IMG/VR virus record: IMGVR_UViG_3300030060_002738
Span: 1-64,000 of that record
DNA length: 64,000 nt
Source of the DNA: a virus
Strand: one strand, 5' to 3'
Shown one piece after another: positions 9,682 to 19,564 of this stretch. The notes beneath the pieces are model-generated. The model saw nothing but the letters and a program-made list of their open reading frames with translations, made no database searches and had not been told where the DNA came from. How positions within the stretch are numbered: position 1 is the stretch's first letter; the number at the start of each line of letters is the position of its first letter. The position numbers were made by a program, and so were the translations under genes.

Positions 9682-10553
9682 CTCTCCGTATTAGCAGCAT
9701 CACATATTCCAAAGAAACTACAATTAGAGCAGGTCTTTGCAAAATACTTTGTTGGGAATATTCCCGTCTCATAGGAATGAATCATCTCTGCTATTCCTTT
9801 CTTAACAGCAGTCATACTACTCTTCTTTGCATCTTCAACGTAGATGTAGTTAGCAGCAGGATAATACCAACCCCAATGGGATATAGGAATCTCAGGGTCT
9901 AGACCCATCTCCTCTAACTCTGCGTTTGGTGTATTCTCAAAGAGAATCTTGTAGAAGGCCATCTCCTTACGCATCATAGTCTTCTTCCAATCTTTCCATC
10001 CACCAGTCTTCAACTCCATAGGAATGTATCTATCTCCTTCCCTGAACATCCTGTCAATGATTCCTTGTAGATGAACATTGTAATCCTGAGATAATTCATA
10101 CTTAGGATTCTCATCACTCCTGATGGTTATACGAGCATCTAGCATTGCCTCATTCACAACAGGAACAAAATTCTCAGTTGTTCCTTCTGCTAATGATTCC
10201 TTGAATCTGTTAGCCTCAAAGATGGACATTGCCTCATACATCTCGGTATAGTCATCGATAGGATGAAGACTCAAGCAGTAGTTTACTAGTTCCTCATGGG
10301 ATAGATTCTCTGCTTTCTTTACATCGAAGGCATTGAAGAACGCCTCTCTAGCATTGTGTATGATACTTCCCTTAATCATAACTTCAGTGGTTTCTATCGG
10401 TCTCTTCTCGACATATTGAAACTCATATCTCTTAGGACACCATTGATAAGAACCGAGAGAAGACTTCGATATCTTCAGTATTGGTTCTCCTTCTTGTCCA
10501 TAATTTTCAGGCTTCCATTGGTATGTGTATTCATTTGTATTACTTTGTCTCAT
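9672..10553 (-). CDS. Cas4-like PD-(D/E)XK exonuclease with Fe-S cysteines
   Basis: YQWCPKRY, G.IIH, GIIDR, ELKTG, C-terminal CSNCSFFGIC. Confidence 0.85.
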   Translation of the reverse strand: MRQSNTNEYTYQWKPENYGQEGEPILKISKSSLGSYQWCPKRYEFQYVEKRPIETTEVMIKGSIIHNAREAFFNAFDVKKAENLSHEELVNYCLSLHPIDDYTEMYEAMSIFEANRFKESLAEGTTENFVPVVNEAMLDARITIRSDENPKYELSQDYNVHLQGIIDRMFREGDRYIPMELKTGGWKDWKKTMMRKEMAFYKILFENTPNAELEEMGLDPEIPISHWGWYYPAANYIYVEDAKKSSMTAVKKGIAEMIHSYETGIFPTKYFAKTCSNCSFFGICDAANTESWF

Positions 10554-10911
10554 GTGTCTTCACCTTTCTTCTACTCATGATTTCATCCCCTAATTTATCC
10601 ATGCATTCTCTGCATGTGCATTCTGTCGGGTGTGGGGGTTCTTGTATCATGACAATCTTATCACCCTTAGAATGTTTTTCTATTCTATATCCGATGAACG
10701 TGTGGTCATCAGGAAATATTTCTGTTACTACCTCTACTTCCTTTTCCTTTGTTAGTTTAGGAATCTCTATCTTTGGTATCTCCACTTCTGATACTATCTT
10801 CTTTGCTTTAGGAGTGAACCATTTTTTGAATTTATTCCATCTAACTAGAATGGAATCTATTCTTCTCTTGTTAGTCCAAGAGAGACTGTTATAGAAACTT
10901 CTCAAAACCAT
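10540..10911 (-). CDS. Hypothetical protein with C-terminal H-x3-C-x-C-x2-C
   Basis: Start re-assigned to ATG 10911, after GGAGG. Confidence 0.5.
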   Translation of the reverse strand: MVLRSFYNSLSWTNKRRIDSILVRWNKFKKWFTPKAKKIVSEVEIPKIEIPKLTKEKEVEVVTEIFPDDHTFIGYRIEKHSKGDKIVMIQEPPHPTECTCRECMDKLGDEIMSRRKVKTHETK

Positions 10912-11840
10912 TCCTCCAAGGATGATTGCTTCGTGTCTTTCTTTATCTGCATTACATCCCAATCCATCGCTCGGAATATTGGCTCTGCTTTCTTCACGAC
11001 TGACTCTGCATAATGAGACCAATCAGGTGTAAACTCGTCAAACTCGTCAGCAGTCAATCTAGACACATAGTTTGGTTTGACGAATGTTCGTGTTAACGGA
11101 TGTCTGTATGTTTGTGTGCAATCCTTAATTCTAAGATACAGATAGGTATCATCTATCGTTTGATATCCCTGAGAATAACTAAACAATACACCCTCGACTC
11201 CTGCACCAAAGGTTGGTCTCTTACCACCCATTGTGACAAAGTTGTTGCAAACCATCAACTCACCACTGTCATCTAGACAACCCCCATTATCCATGAGGTC
11301 AAATACACTTATTCCTTTGACATTAGACCATGCTTTATCGAATCTAGCATGTGGATTACATCTCTTACATACTACCTTGAATCGTTCTTCACGATATCTG
11401 CTTCTTTGTAGGATATCTGTAAGTGATATTTGACCGTTCATCACATCATTGTACTTCTTATTCAGAAAAGATACTATCTTTTGCTCAGATTTTCCTTCTA
11501 TCCACATCCTTAGCACAGTAAGTTGAACATCTTTTGCTAGTTTAGTTAAAGAAACCCTCTTTGCAGTGAATCCAGTCATCACGAACTCCTCTTCATCTAG
11601 AAATTCACCGTCTTTCCAAGTAATTAGACCTGCATTTCTGTTCTTCGTTGCCCCAACACCTAAAGTTCTGAAGTATTTCTCAAACTCTAGTGTTACAGGA
11701 TGTTCTTTCAGTCCCATAACGTTAGGAAACGCTTCTCTGACATGCTCATTCAGTATTTTTAACGTCTTTTCAGCAGTTTCGATGCTATTATCCTCAATAT
11801 CAACATAAATTGAGTCAGTATGACCGTAAACTACCTTCAT
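10902..11840 (-). CDS. polB: Family B DNA polymerase, C-terminal subunit (palm motif C and thumb, PIP box)
   Basis: YGHTDS, LEFEK, KNRNAG, C-terminal QSSLEEWF PIP box. Confidence 0.9.
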   Translation of the reverse strand: MKVVYGHTDSIYVDIEDNSIETAEKTLKILNEHVREAFPNVMGLKEHPVTLEFEKYFRTLGVGATKNRNAGLITWKDGEFLDEEEFVMTGFTAKRVSLTKLAKDVQLTVLRMWIEGKSEQKIVSFLNKKYNDVMNGQISLTDILQRSRYREERFKVVCKRCNPHARFDKAWSNVKGISVFDLMDNGGCLDDSGELMVCNNFVTMGGKRPTFGAGVEGVLFSYSQGYQTIDDTYLYLRIKDCTQTYRHPLTRTFVKPNYVSRLTADEFDEFTPDWSHYAESVVKKAEPIFRAMDWDVMQIKKDTKQSSLEEWF

Positions 11841-11953
11841 GTTAACAACTCCACTGCTATAATCATAGCAATAATGACCTTTATGAGACTAAACACTGTT
11901 CTTAGCAGTGCTAGTGTTGCAAATCGGTCTTGTGACCACTGTTCTAAGTTCAT
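11837..11953 (-). CDS. Hydrophobic microprotein (38 aa) between the PolB halves
   Basis: MNLEQWSQDRFATLALLRTVFSLIKVIIAMIIAVELLT; ATGA overlaps at both ends. Confidence 0.6.
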   Translation of the reverse strand: MNLEQWSQDRFATLALLRTVFSLIKVIIAMIIAVELLT

Positions 11954-12156
11954 ATTAGATTCACATCCTGTAATATTGATATTATTCCATAAATGAACAC
12001 AATAGCGAATAAAACTCGACCTGCTACTCTAATGGCAAGCCTACTGTCCTTGAGAATCTGACTTATCGCCTGTTTTCTCAATTCAGTCTCTGATTTAGGC
12101 TCTTCCTTTATCTTTACCTTTGTAAAATCTACATCTGCACTCTTGATTGGCATCAT
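11950..12156 (-). CDS. Small C-terminally anchored membrane protein between the PolB halves
   Basis: 68 aa, C-terminal TM segment VLFAIVFIYGIISIL; ATGA overlaps. Confidence 0.65.
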   Translation of the reverse strand: MMPIKSADVDFTKVKIKEEPKSETELRKQAISQILKDSRLAIRVAGRVLFAIVFIYGIISILQDVNLI

Positions 12157-13850
12157 AACTCCCTCACTTTGAATGCTGCAATACGAATTGCTTCTCTAGC
12201 ACTAGCAGTAATGCTTGCTGCTAAATCAACATCAGCCCAACCAAATCCCTGATACGCAATGATACCATAGAAGGATGCCATCAATCTCTTGACCGCTAGT
12301 TGGTTGTTGTTCCACTTTACATATTCACTTTCACTTTCACTTTCTTTCATTTTCACTTTGTATTCATTTCTCAACTGCTTCAGTTCTAGAACTGCTTTTG
12401 GTAGCAATCCTAGTTCCTTAGTCTTGTAGTATCTCATATCATAGTTGATAATCTTAGAGAAGTCTTTAGGTGTTGCTAGATTTACACCAAATTGTGTTGG
12501 TAGTTTTGACTTGGTTTCCCAAGAGATATTTCTAGCAATCATCATGCTTGGATACAGACCTGCAAAGTCAAAGGCTGCAACACCCAAATGAAGACCATTT
12601 GTAGCCTCACTGAGCGGGTCATAGACCATCGCCCCATCATACTCTACCCTGTCTCCTTTGCGCCCCGTAGGAGCCTTCCATGAGGCATTTCGCATGAAGT
12701 ATATTCCACCCATGTTTGATGCATAGAAACATGCATCGAATGGTGCAATCAGTAAACGCTGTAACGAGAGTATCGCTTCAGTTGTGAAGTTCTCTTCGTC
12801 TATCCTCTTGATTAACTCAACGTCTTTCTTAGCATACTCTAGATAGGTTTCAGTGTCTTCCTGCCAACCTCTTCTGAAGAACTCGTTCTTATCAGGAAAC
12901 TTCTCGCTGACTAACTTCTTCTCTCCTAAGACATTCTCTGATACATAGTCTAGAGATAGAGAAGGTAGAGTTCCTCGTTGTGCATCATTCCATTGTCTCT
13001 CAAATGCCAAGTCAAGAGGGACACATATCCTACCCTTGATTGGCTGTGCTATTGGAGAGTAGTTCTCTATCTGCTTTGTCTTTAGAATATGCCTTCTCTC
13101 CTTGATGTTCCACTCTACTCCTGTAACCTCTTGAACAGGAGACAGTAAAGTAGGAGTAATGCCATTCACATACAGTCTCTCAATCAACTTAGGTAAGTCG
13201 AACTTCCATCCGAACCAAGAGATAAGCATGTCCGGGTCTTTCTCATCTAACATCAATAGGAATCTTTCTAGTATTGTCCTCTCGTTCTCATTGCCATCTT
13301 CAGTATAGCCTTCCTTCTTTGGTTGCCAAGTCAGTGTGTAGTATTCATCATCGTAGTTGTCATACACAACAATAGCAGTAATAGCACCATCATGTTCACC
13401 ACCTTGCATCCACTCCATGTCCCAATACCACTTTCTTAGATTGTACTCAGGAAGTTCATCTAACTCATCAACAGCATATCTGTAATGATGTTGAACATCT
13501 GCTTCATAGGTCTCAATATCTCTATCATGGTAGAACGTTCTTACTTTAGCAGTCATTCCACCTAAACTAGTCTTTCCAGTCTTACAAGGAGTCCAAGTCA
13601 CTTTGAGAAGTGATTCTCCTTCTAAGTTCACCCAATCGCCCTCTTCATAAGTCACAGTGACAACAAACTTCTCTTTGCCTCTGAACCCTTCAGACATCGC
13701 TATCCTTGCTGGCTCTGCTTGTGTAATATCATTAGCACGAATGAAGAAATATGGAGAGAACTCTCGGTAGGTCACAGTCTTCTCGACTCTCTCGTTGTTC
13801 TCATCCCTCCATCTTAGAAGAACGCCTTCTGTTGTATTTGCTATTATCAT
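12153..13850 (-). CDS. polB: Family B DNA polymerase, N-terminal subunit (3'-5' exonuclease, motifs A and B)
   Basis: WDMEW, FDLPKL, YAKKDV, DFAGLYPSMM, QLAVKRLMASFYG, ITASARE. Confidence 0.9.
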   Translation of the reverse strand: MIIANTTEGVLLRWRDENNERVEKTVTYREFSPYFFIRANDITQAEPARIAMSEGFRGKEKFVVTVTYEEGDWVNLEGESLLKVTWTPCKTGKTSLGGMTAKVRTFYHDRDIETYEADVQHHYRYAVDELDELPEYNLRKWYWDMEWMQGGEHDGAITAIVVYDNYDDEYYTLTWQPKKEGYTEDGNENERTILERFLLMLDEKDPDMLISWFGWKFDLPKLIERLYVNGITPTLLSPVQEVTGVEWNIKERRHILKTKQIENYSPIAQPIKGRICVPLDLAFERQWNDAQRGTLPSLSLDYVSENVLGEKKLVSEKFPDKNEFFRRGWQEDTETYLEYAKKDVELIKRIDEENFTTEAILSLQRLLIAPFDACFYASNMGGIYFMRNASWKAPTGRKGDRVEYDGAMVYDPLSEATNGLHLGVAAFDFAGLYPSMMIARNISWETKSKLPTQFGVNLATPKDFSKIINYDMRYYKTKELGLLPKAVLELKQLRNEYKVKMKESESESEYVKWNNNQLAVKRLMASFYGIIAYQGFGWADVDLAASITASAREAIRIAAFKVREL

Positions 13851-13857
13851 AATATAA

Positions 13858-14625
13858 TCACCTAGTTAGATATGGTGCTTTAATCAGTAATCTGTCCTCC
13901 CCTGCCCAAACAACAGGAGACTCGTCTTTCAGATAGATAGTCACAGGGACCGAACCACGAAAGAACTTGTGGAACTGACCTGTTACTTCTACTGTTGCTG
14001 ATTCACCATTTGTATAGACAGTAGGAACAACGACATCTACTTTATCGATATCAGTTCTCCTGCTTGATATGGTGAAGTTATCTTCATCCGTATTCAACAG
14101 ATACTTTGCATTGTTGATGACATCACAGGTCTTGATTGCATCTGTTAGAATAGTAGACCCTGTTGTGATGATTGACTCAAAGACGACACTGCTGAATACT
14201 GCATTCTCAGGTGTAATAGTGTATCCTTGAAGTCTAGCAATCATAGCCACGTTTGGGTGACTGACTACTAATGGAACACTAGCCCTCTTACCTCCTCCTT
14301 CATCTTGTAATAGGATAAAGTCGCCTACGTCAAGTAGAACGGTATCTCCTGTAAATGTCTTAAGATACTTCAGCATCTTATCTATCTCTACAACCGCCAT
14401 GTTGCTACCATCTTCATCTATCTGCCTAATGATAGGAACAGACACACGACAGATGGTTTGGTTGTCGGCATTGTATAGATTCAGTATATTGTCCTCAATG
14501 AGTTCTAGCATAGCATAGTCAGTAAGTTGACTATTCTTTGCTGAATCTCCATTGTGATACTTTCCTTTCATCCATACATCTTCTATTGCGTTTGTTAATA
14601 CTCTATTTGTTATTTCTATTTTCAT
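13858..14625 (-). CDS. pcn: PCNA-like sliding clamp
   Basis: 255 aa, two-domain beta/alpha pattern, C-terminal LIKAP; lies next to polB. Confidence 0.7.
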   Translation of the reverse strand: MKIEITNRVLTNAIEDVWMKGKYHNGDSAKNSQLTDYAMLELIEDNILNLYNADNQTICRVSVPIIRQIDEDGSNMAVVEIDKMLKYLKTFTGDTVLLDVGDFILLQDEGGGKRASVPLVVSHPNVAMIARLQGYTITPENAVFSSVVFESIITTGSTILTDAIKTCDVINNAKYLLNTDEDNFTISSRRTDIDKVDVVVPTVYTNGESATVEVTGQFHKFFRGSVPVTIYLKDESPVVWAGEDRLLIKAPYLTR

Positions 14626-14697
14626 TTCTATTCCTCCTTCGTTGGGTAGATGGGATGGGTGTTACCCCACCCCACCTACTTCTACGTCATTTCTTTC

Positions 14698-15561
14698 TCA
14701 AAGTTCTCCTGATTTTATCTCAGGGAAGCCCGACCAGTCTACCTTTCCATCATCGATGGATAAGACCTTTAGCCTCTTACCAATCAACTCAGGCTTTCTA
14801 GCACTTGCCTCAACGATAGCCGTAAAGGTAGCACCATTCTTCCTGATGTCTCTTGTCATCCTCACTGTCGAAGTAAAGATGTCCTCTGTTGAAGAATGCC
14901 AGTTAGCCTCAACCCCGATAGGGTTAGGGTTTCCAGCATACTTGTCTTTAGAGTGAGCAATCACTATTCGATGACAAGGCATCTCTAGTATCTGCTTGTG
15001 CAGGAAGTTCCTGTAAGGTGTATTCCTGTCACCCCAAACATAGGGTGCAGCCTTCATTACCGTATCAGCATCAAGACCATGCTTGTTTCTCATGTAGGTT
15101 TCACAGACATCTGTTAGTAGTTTATCTGCTCCATCTACTATTACTGCCTTCAACTTGCCATCTGCAAGATACTCTTTCGCCATTTCATAGAACGCTCTAG
15201 CGTTACTCATCGTTTCCTCAAAGTTCACAAGACTCTCATCATGTCTTACAATAGGATTGTAGACAATTAGATTCTCGATGTTACCGTAGTGGTTACGCTT
15301 TACATCTATCGCTCTGTTGTCAAAATCAAGCACAAGAACGTACATGTCATTCTTTACGTCTTCCTCAGTTAGCAAGTCTAGTGCGACTGCTGACTTCGCT
15401 GATTTGGGTTCTCCCCAAATACCAAGACACAGGAATGACTTATCATTCTCCTGTGATTCCTTAATCTGCTGAAGCATTGCCTCCTTTCGGAGAGCATACT
15501 GCCCCTTTGCAGACTCTTTCGTTGTTACTGCTTCTGTTTTCTTACCTGTTGTCCAACTCAT
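14698..15561 (-). CDS. RecA/RadA-superfamily (Sak4/RadB-like) ATPase
   Basis: Variant Walker A GEPKSAKS, LDFD, Walker B VIVDG, IVIAH. Start re-assigned to MSWTTG. Confidence 0.7.
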   Translation of the reverse strand: MSWTTGKKTEAVTTKESAKGQYALRKEAMLQQIKESQENDKSFLCLGIWGEPKSAKSAVALDLLTEEDVKNDMYVLVLDFDNRAIDVKRNHYGNIENLIVYNPIVRHDESLVNFEETMSNARAFYEMAKEYLADGKLKAVIVDGADKLLTDVCETYMRNKHGLDADTVMKAAPYVWGDRNTPYRNFLHKQILEMPCHRIVIAHSKDKYAGNPNPIGVEANWHSSTEDIFTSTVRMTRDIRKNGATFTAIVEASARKPELIGKRLKVLSIDDGKVDWSGFPEIKSGEL

Positions 15562-15811
15562 GTTTATCACCATTTTTATATTCATTAGGGTCAAATGTAA
15601 TACCCTTCCATTGTTCCAATAATTCATTAAGTTCTGTGAGAGATAACTTAACCCTCACATCCTTTGATATGAAATGGAACTTAGTCCAATAGTCTCCCGT
15701 ATCGGGATTGTACTTCCATGTTAGGAAGTCTACGTCATCCATAAGAAAAGCGAAACTCCTCCCATGAACGACGAGACCTCCATTGGAATCAGCACTCATA
15801 CTGTATTCCAT
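15542..15811 (-). CDS. Hypothetical protein
   Basis: ORF preceded by an AGGTGA SD. Confidence 0.55.
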   Translation of the reverse strand: MEYSMSADSNGGLVVHGRSFAFLMDDVDFLTWKYNPDTGDYWTKFHFISKDVRVKLSLTELNELLEQWKGITFDPNEYKNGDKHELDNR

Positions 15812-15820
15812 TTACATCAC

Positions 15821-17047
15821 CTACTCAAAGAACCAGTCTTCTGACTCCTCTACGAAGTCTACTTCTTCAGCACTGCCACCTCTACTGTTGATAACATACA
15901 ATCCAGTAACATTGATGCTAACTGGTCTGATATTGCCATCTTGGTCTGTTCCTTGTGAGGTTCTTCCTACCACCAGTATCTGAGAACCGATACCGAAGTC
16001 GATTGTCATACTAGGTGGTATCCAACATGTAGTTCCACTCCAACCATCATTATCAAAGTCGAAGTCGGTGTTCAGGTCATCAAGGTTGACTATCCTGTTA
16101 CCGTTTGCTGTTGGGGTTGCATTGATGCTGTTAACAGTCCCGTCTGTGAAGACGAACCTATCATCCCAATTCGCTTTGTTGTTAGATTGGCTATGATACT
16201 TGTCAAGAGCAATCAGTGGACTGTAATTACCTTCACAATGCCCCATCATTGTATCAGCAATGTCTATCTGACTAACATCTTGCTTTAGTTCCGAGTCATC
16301 AGCCAAATCAATATTGTATACTAACGACTCAACAGTGGCATTTGCTCCACCGTGTATCATATCATCCCTGTTAGAGTTAGGTATCACATCGAAGTGAATA
16401 AACTCAAACGTCTTGGGAGAGAAGTTTACACATCCATCTCCCTTGTAGGAGAAGAACCACTTCTTCATCTGTCCGTCTACTTCACCAACAAATACACCCT
16501 TCCTCTGAAACTCAGAGAACGGTTGTGGCTTTCCATAGTTCTTGTTCCAATCGCCCGGTCTAGTGTCTAGTGGTACAATGTATCTACCACTGTCTACTTC
16601 TACGTTGTTCTCAGGAAGTTTGCCCATTGTCTTGACAATCTCTTCACCGTCACGCATCATTCTTGCTTCATAGCCGTCACCATCTTCGGTGAAGACTGCT
16701 ACTCTACCTAGAGAGTAGGTCATGTCACTGTCACGCATGTACTCGTTAGTTAGTCTGTCACGGCTTCGTGCAGACATATCTATCGCATCGTTAAGAGATA
16801 CAAAGAAGCCGAAGGCTTTCTTGTATAGACTGTTGGACTGACTACTTGTTGTTTGTGTCTGTCTCTTCAGTGCGTTCCTTGCACTGCTAAAGTATTGTCT
16901 CCAAAGACTACGAGCCAGTAAAGGCTCTTCATCAGCGTCAACGTTGTTCTTGGAACAGATTTCCTCAAACCTCGCTGTCGCATCTTCTAGGGACATCCCT
17001 AGCAGTTCTGCTGCTTTCTCAATTTCATTTTTTATTTCATCATTCAT
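15821..17047 (-). CDS. RPA-like single-stranded DNA-binding protein (OB folds)
   Basis: Helical N-terminus, OB-like C-terminal region (GTVNSI...LDD...TTCW...GSQILVVG), acidic/aromatic tail EESEDWFFE. Confidence 0.65.
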   Translation of the reverse strand: MNDEIKNEIEKAAELLGMSLEDATARFEEICSKNNVDADEEPLLARSLWRQYFSSARNALKRQTQTTSSQSNSLYKKAFGFFVSLNDAIDMSARSRDRLTNEYMRDSDMTYSLGRVAVFTEDGDGYEARMMRDGEEIVKTMGKLPENNVEVDSGRYIVPLDTRPGDWNKNYGKPQPFSEFQRKGVFVGEVDGQMKKWFFSYKGDGCVNFSPKTFEFIHFDVIPNSNRDDMIHGGANATVESLVYNIDLADDSELKQDVSQIDIADTMMGHCEGNYSPLIALDKYHSQSNNKANWDDRFVFTDGTVNSINATPTANGNRIVNLDDLNTDFDFDNDGWSGTTCWIPPSMTIDFGIGSQILVVGRTSQGTDQDGNIRPVSINVTGLYVINSRGGSAEEVDFVEESEDWFFE

Positions 17048-17300
17048 TTTTATTTTCCTCCTTTGTTTTCATTCTTTTTCTTTCATGTCTTATTTCCACT
17101 AGTCCTTCTGTCAGCATGACTATGCCACACAATATCCAAAAGAAATTGGAATCTACGCTGATGTAACCTAGCGTGTTTAGTATCGGCAGTACAATCAGCA
17201 ATGCACCGCCTATCGCTATTATCTCATACCGGAGTAGTAGATGTTTAACATCTTCAATATCTACTACACCGTCTTTGTTCAAATCCATTTTCATATTCAT
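17040..17300 (-). CDS. Small 2-TM membrane protein with N-terminal EF-hand/dockerin-like loop
   Basis: DLNKDGVVDIED followed by two hydrophobic helices. Confidence 0.6.
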   Translation of the reverse strand: MNMKMDLNKDGVVDIEDVKHLLLRYEIIAIGGALLIVLPILNTLGYISVDSNFFWILCGIVMLTEGLVEIRHERKRMKTKEENKNE

Positions 17301-17385
17301 ACCTCATTCTAAAATCTCCTTCTAGGTGAATCTAACCATCTTATTATTTGTCTTAATATTACTATACCTATAAGGAACTCAATCA

Positions 17386-18312
17386 TCAAATCATCTGTCC
17401 TATCATCCAAGATGCAAGTAACTTCGGAGTCATATTGCTACTCCTCCATTCTGCCTCTCCGACAACCCTTAACATTTTGAACTTCTTGGCTGCTGGCATA
17501 TCCGTTTTTATGATAACATCATGTAGATTAACACAAATAGTATTCATATCAACTGAATTATACAACAAATCATGCACCTTTCCTAAACAATTCTCATAGT
17601 TATTATCATCAATCATTTGCAATATTTCAGTATAGGGTTCAAGATTTTTGTCAATCTGATTCAATAGTGAGGACTTACCGTAGATAGCAGCCTGAAGTTC
17701 AGTAAGCCCTCTCCTCAAGTCTCCATGTAAGGAGTCTATGAAGGTTTCCAAGTCTTCACTCGATACGTGGGTAATATCCTCATTTTCCAAAACATTCGTC
17801 AATAGAGTGTGCATAGTACGGGGGTTCACTCGTTGAAACCCATAGTTGGCACATCTTGATTGCAACGGATGTATAATCCTGTGACGCTCGTTGCAAGTAA
17901 TAATGAATCTAACATTCTCAGCATACCTCTCCATAATTCTCTTCAAAGCATTCTGAGCATCCTTTGTCATCCCATCCATCTCATCAAGAAGTATAATCTT
18001 GAAAGGAGCATTACCTATCTTTCTAGTGGAAGCAATCTCCTTGATTTGATTTCTTACTGTCTCTAGTCTTCTATCATCAGATGCGTTAATTTCAAAGAAG
18101 TTATTGTCTTTGTCTTCCTTCAACATATCATTAGCAAGCGCAATTCCAGCAGCCGTCTTTCCAACACCTGCTACTCCATACAATAGAACATTGGGCATAT
18201 TGTTCTGCTCTACCCAACTCTCTGCATCTATCGTGAAGTTATACTGTCCTACCACATCAGCGATTCTCTTCGGTCTGTATTTTTCTGTCCATAACATTTT
18301 CATTCTCTCCAT
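17386..18312 (-). CDS. rfcS: Replication factor C small subunit (clamp loader)
   Basis: LWTEKYRP, GVAGVGKT, EINASDDR, LLDEMD, AQNALKR, LQSRC, GDLR. Confidence 0.95.
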   Translation of the reverse strand: MERMKMLWTEKYRPKRIADVVGQYNFTIDAESWVEQNNMPNVLLYGVAGVGKTAAGIALANDMLKEDKDNNFFEINASDDRRLETVRNQIKEIASTRKIGNAPFKIILLDEMDGMTKDAQNALKRIMERYAENVRFIITCNERHRIIHPLQSRCANYGFQRVNPRTMHTLLTNVLENEDITHVSSEDLETFIDSLHGDLRRGLTELQAAIYGKSSLLNQIDKNLEPYTEILQMIDDNNYENCLGKVHDLLYNSVDMNTICVNLHDVIIKTDMPAAKKFKMLRVVGEAEWRSSNMTPKLLASWMIGQMI

Positions 18313-18445
18313 TTTTATTCCATATTTCTAAGATATCAATAACAGATATCCATTTGTTACAAGTTTTACATCTTCCATAGTGGAAGTCATGAATATTCCA
18401 TTCACTTTTATCACACTTGCAGTGATATTCACTCAGTCTAACCAC
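18257..18445 (-). CDS. Small Zn-binding protein
   Basis: CKC...CKTC. Confidence 0.45.
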   Translation of the reverse strand: MVRLSEYHCKCDKSEWNIHDFHYGRCKTCNKWISVIDILEIWNKNGENENVMDRKIQTEENR

Positions 18446-19284
18446 CTCGATAATCCAACAGTTGGTGTGACTGGTGTTGTCTTCGTTCTTCTCTTTTTCT
18501 CTCCGAGACCTAACGTTCTAGTTTCGGAGGAAGATAACGTCTTTCTACAATGTTCTCTAAAATCAGCGTTTTTTAGTAAGTCTCTGAAAAGATAAACATC
18601 AGAATGTCGCATTTTTAACTTCCTCAAGATTTTCGGTATTGTAGAATATGCCTTTCTTTGTGGTGGTGTCATCTTCCTTTGCATTCTCCCGTCATGGGAA
18701 TAAGCAAGCATTTCGTAAAAGTAGTCTGTACTCCACCTTCTCTTCACCTTGGCATCGACAAACATCAACTTGTTAGGATGGATGTTCGGTGCTAACCAAG
18801 AAACAAACTGAGTGTCTGATGGTTTGCTAATCTTCAGGCTCTCCATGATTATATCTCTGTCAGGATTCCTTAGATAATCACCAACCAAAGTAAAGATGTC
18901 AGTGTCAAAGTTGTGAGGTTCATCAGAACGAGGTGCTAGTTGCTTTATCTCATCAATCTCTAGTTTCTTTCCACGCTTCAACTTACATAGATTAAACAAT
19001 TTCTTAGGTACATCTTTTTGATTCAGTGATGTTAGAACTACCTGTCCTCTATACTCTAGTATTGTCTTGCGTATCAACTCGACATTAGGCTTGTAGTTGC
19101 ACTCTCGGATAATGATGCCTACATCAGCAGGGATACTGTAATTATCCTCAATGTCAAACTCATTAGCATATTGAATAATAGGTTCATCAGATACAAGTTT
19201 CATTGCCTTTTGCATCTTGTCTGTTCCATCTTTGCCAACTATTATTATCGTTCTATTCTGATTCTGCATATTCAATAGGCTCAT
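18433..19284 (-). CDS. Degenerate AAA+ protein, probable RFC large-subunit analogue
   Basis: Decayed Walker A (VGKDGTDK), located near rfcS, PIP-like C-terminus (GLSRWLD). Confidence 0.5.
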   Translation of the reverse strand: MSLLNMQNQNRTIIIVGKDGTDKMQKAMKLVSDEPIIQYANEFDIEDNYSIPADVGIIIRECNYKPNVELIRKTILEYRGQVVLTSLNQKDVPKKLFNLCKLKRGKKLEIDEIKQLAPRSDEPHNFDTDIFTLVGDYLRNPDRDIIMESLKISKPSDTQFVSWLAPNIHPNKLMFVDAKVKRRWSTDYFYEMLAYSHDGRMQRKMTPPQRKAYSTIPKILRKLKMRHSDVYLFRDLLKNADFREHCRKTLSSSETRTLGLGEKKRRTKTTPVTPTVGLSRWLD

Positions 19285-19564
19285 CTACCCTCACTTCCAT
19301 TATTTCTTCGTAGGCTTTTCCACAAACCCCACAATCAACTAAAATGACATACCACTTTAGTTCGTTTTCTTCTTGTACTCCTGCTTCATAAGCAAAGGAG
19401 TGACTACCACATTCTCTGCAACCTTGCTTTATCCGTTGCATTACATGGTAATTTGTTATTTCATCATCTGTTGTATGTTCAGGTTTGTTCATTTGAACCT
19501 TTAACATACAAACAGAACACAGGGATGCCTCTGTTTCCCTGAGATTACATCTCGGACATAACAT
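19253..19564 (-). CDS. Double Zn-ribbon protein
   Basis: Four CxxC pairs. Confidence 0.6.
   Translation of the reverse strand: MLCPRCNLRETEASLCSVCMLKVQMNKPEHTTDDEITNYHVMQRIKQGCRECGSHSFAYEAGVQEENELKWYVILVDCGVCGKAYEEIMEVRVDEPIEYAESE

Noticed and set aside
11840-12153. Intein, intron or sequencing frameshift splitting polB
   Set aside because: No Cys/Ser...His-Asn intein ends, and the gap is fully occupied by ATGA-coupled ORFs.
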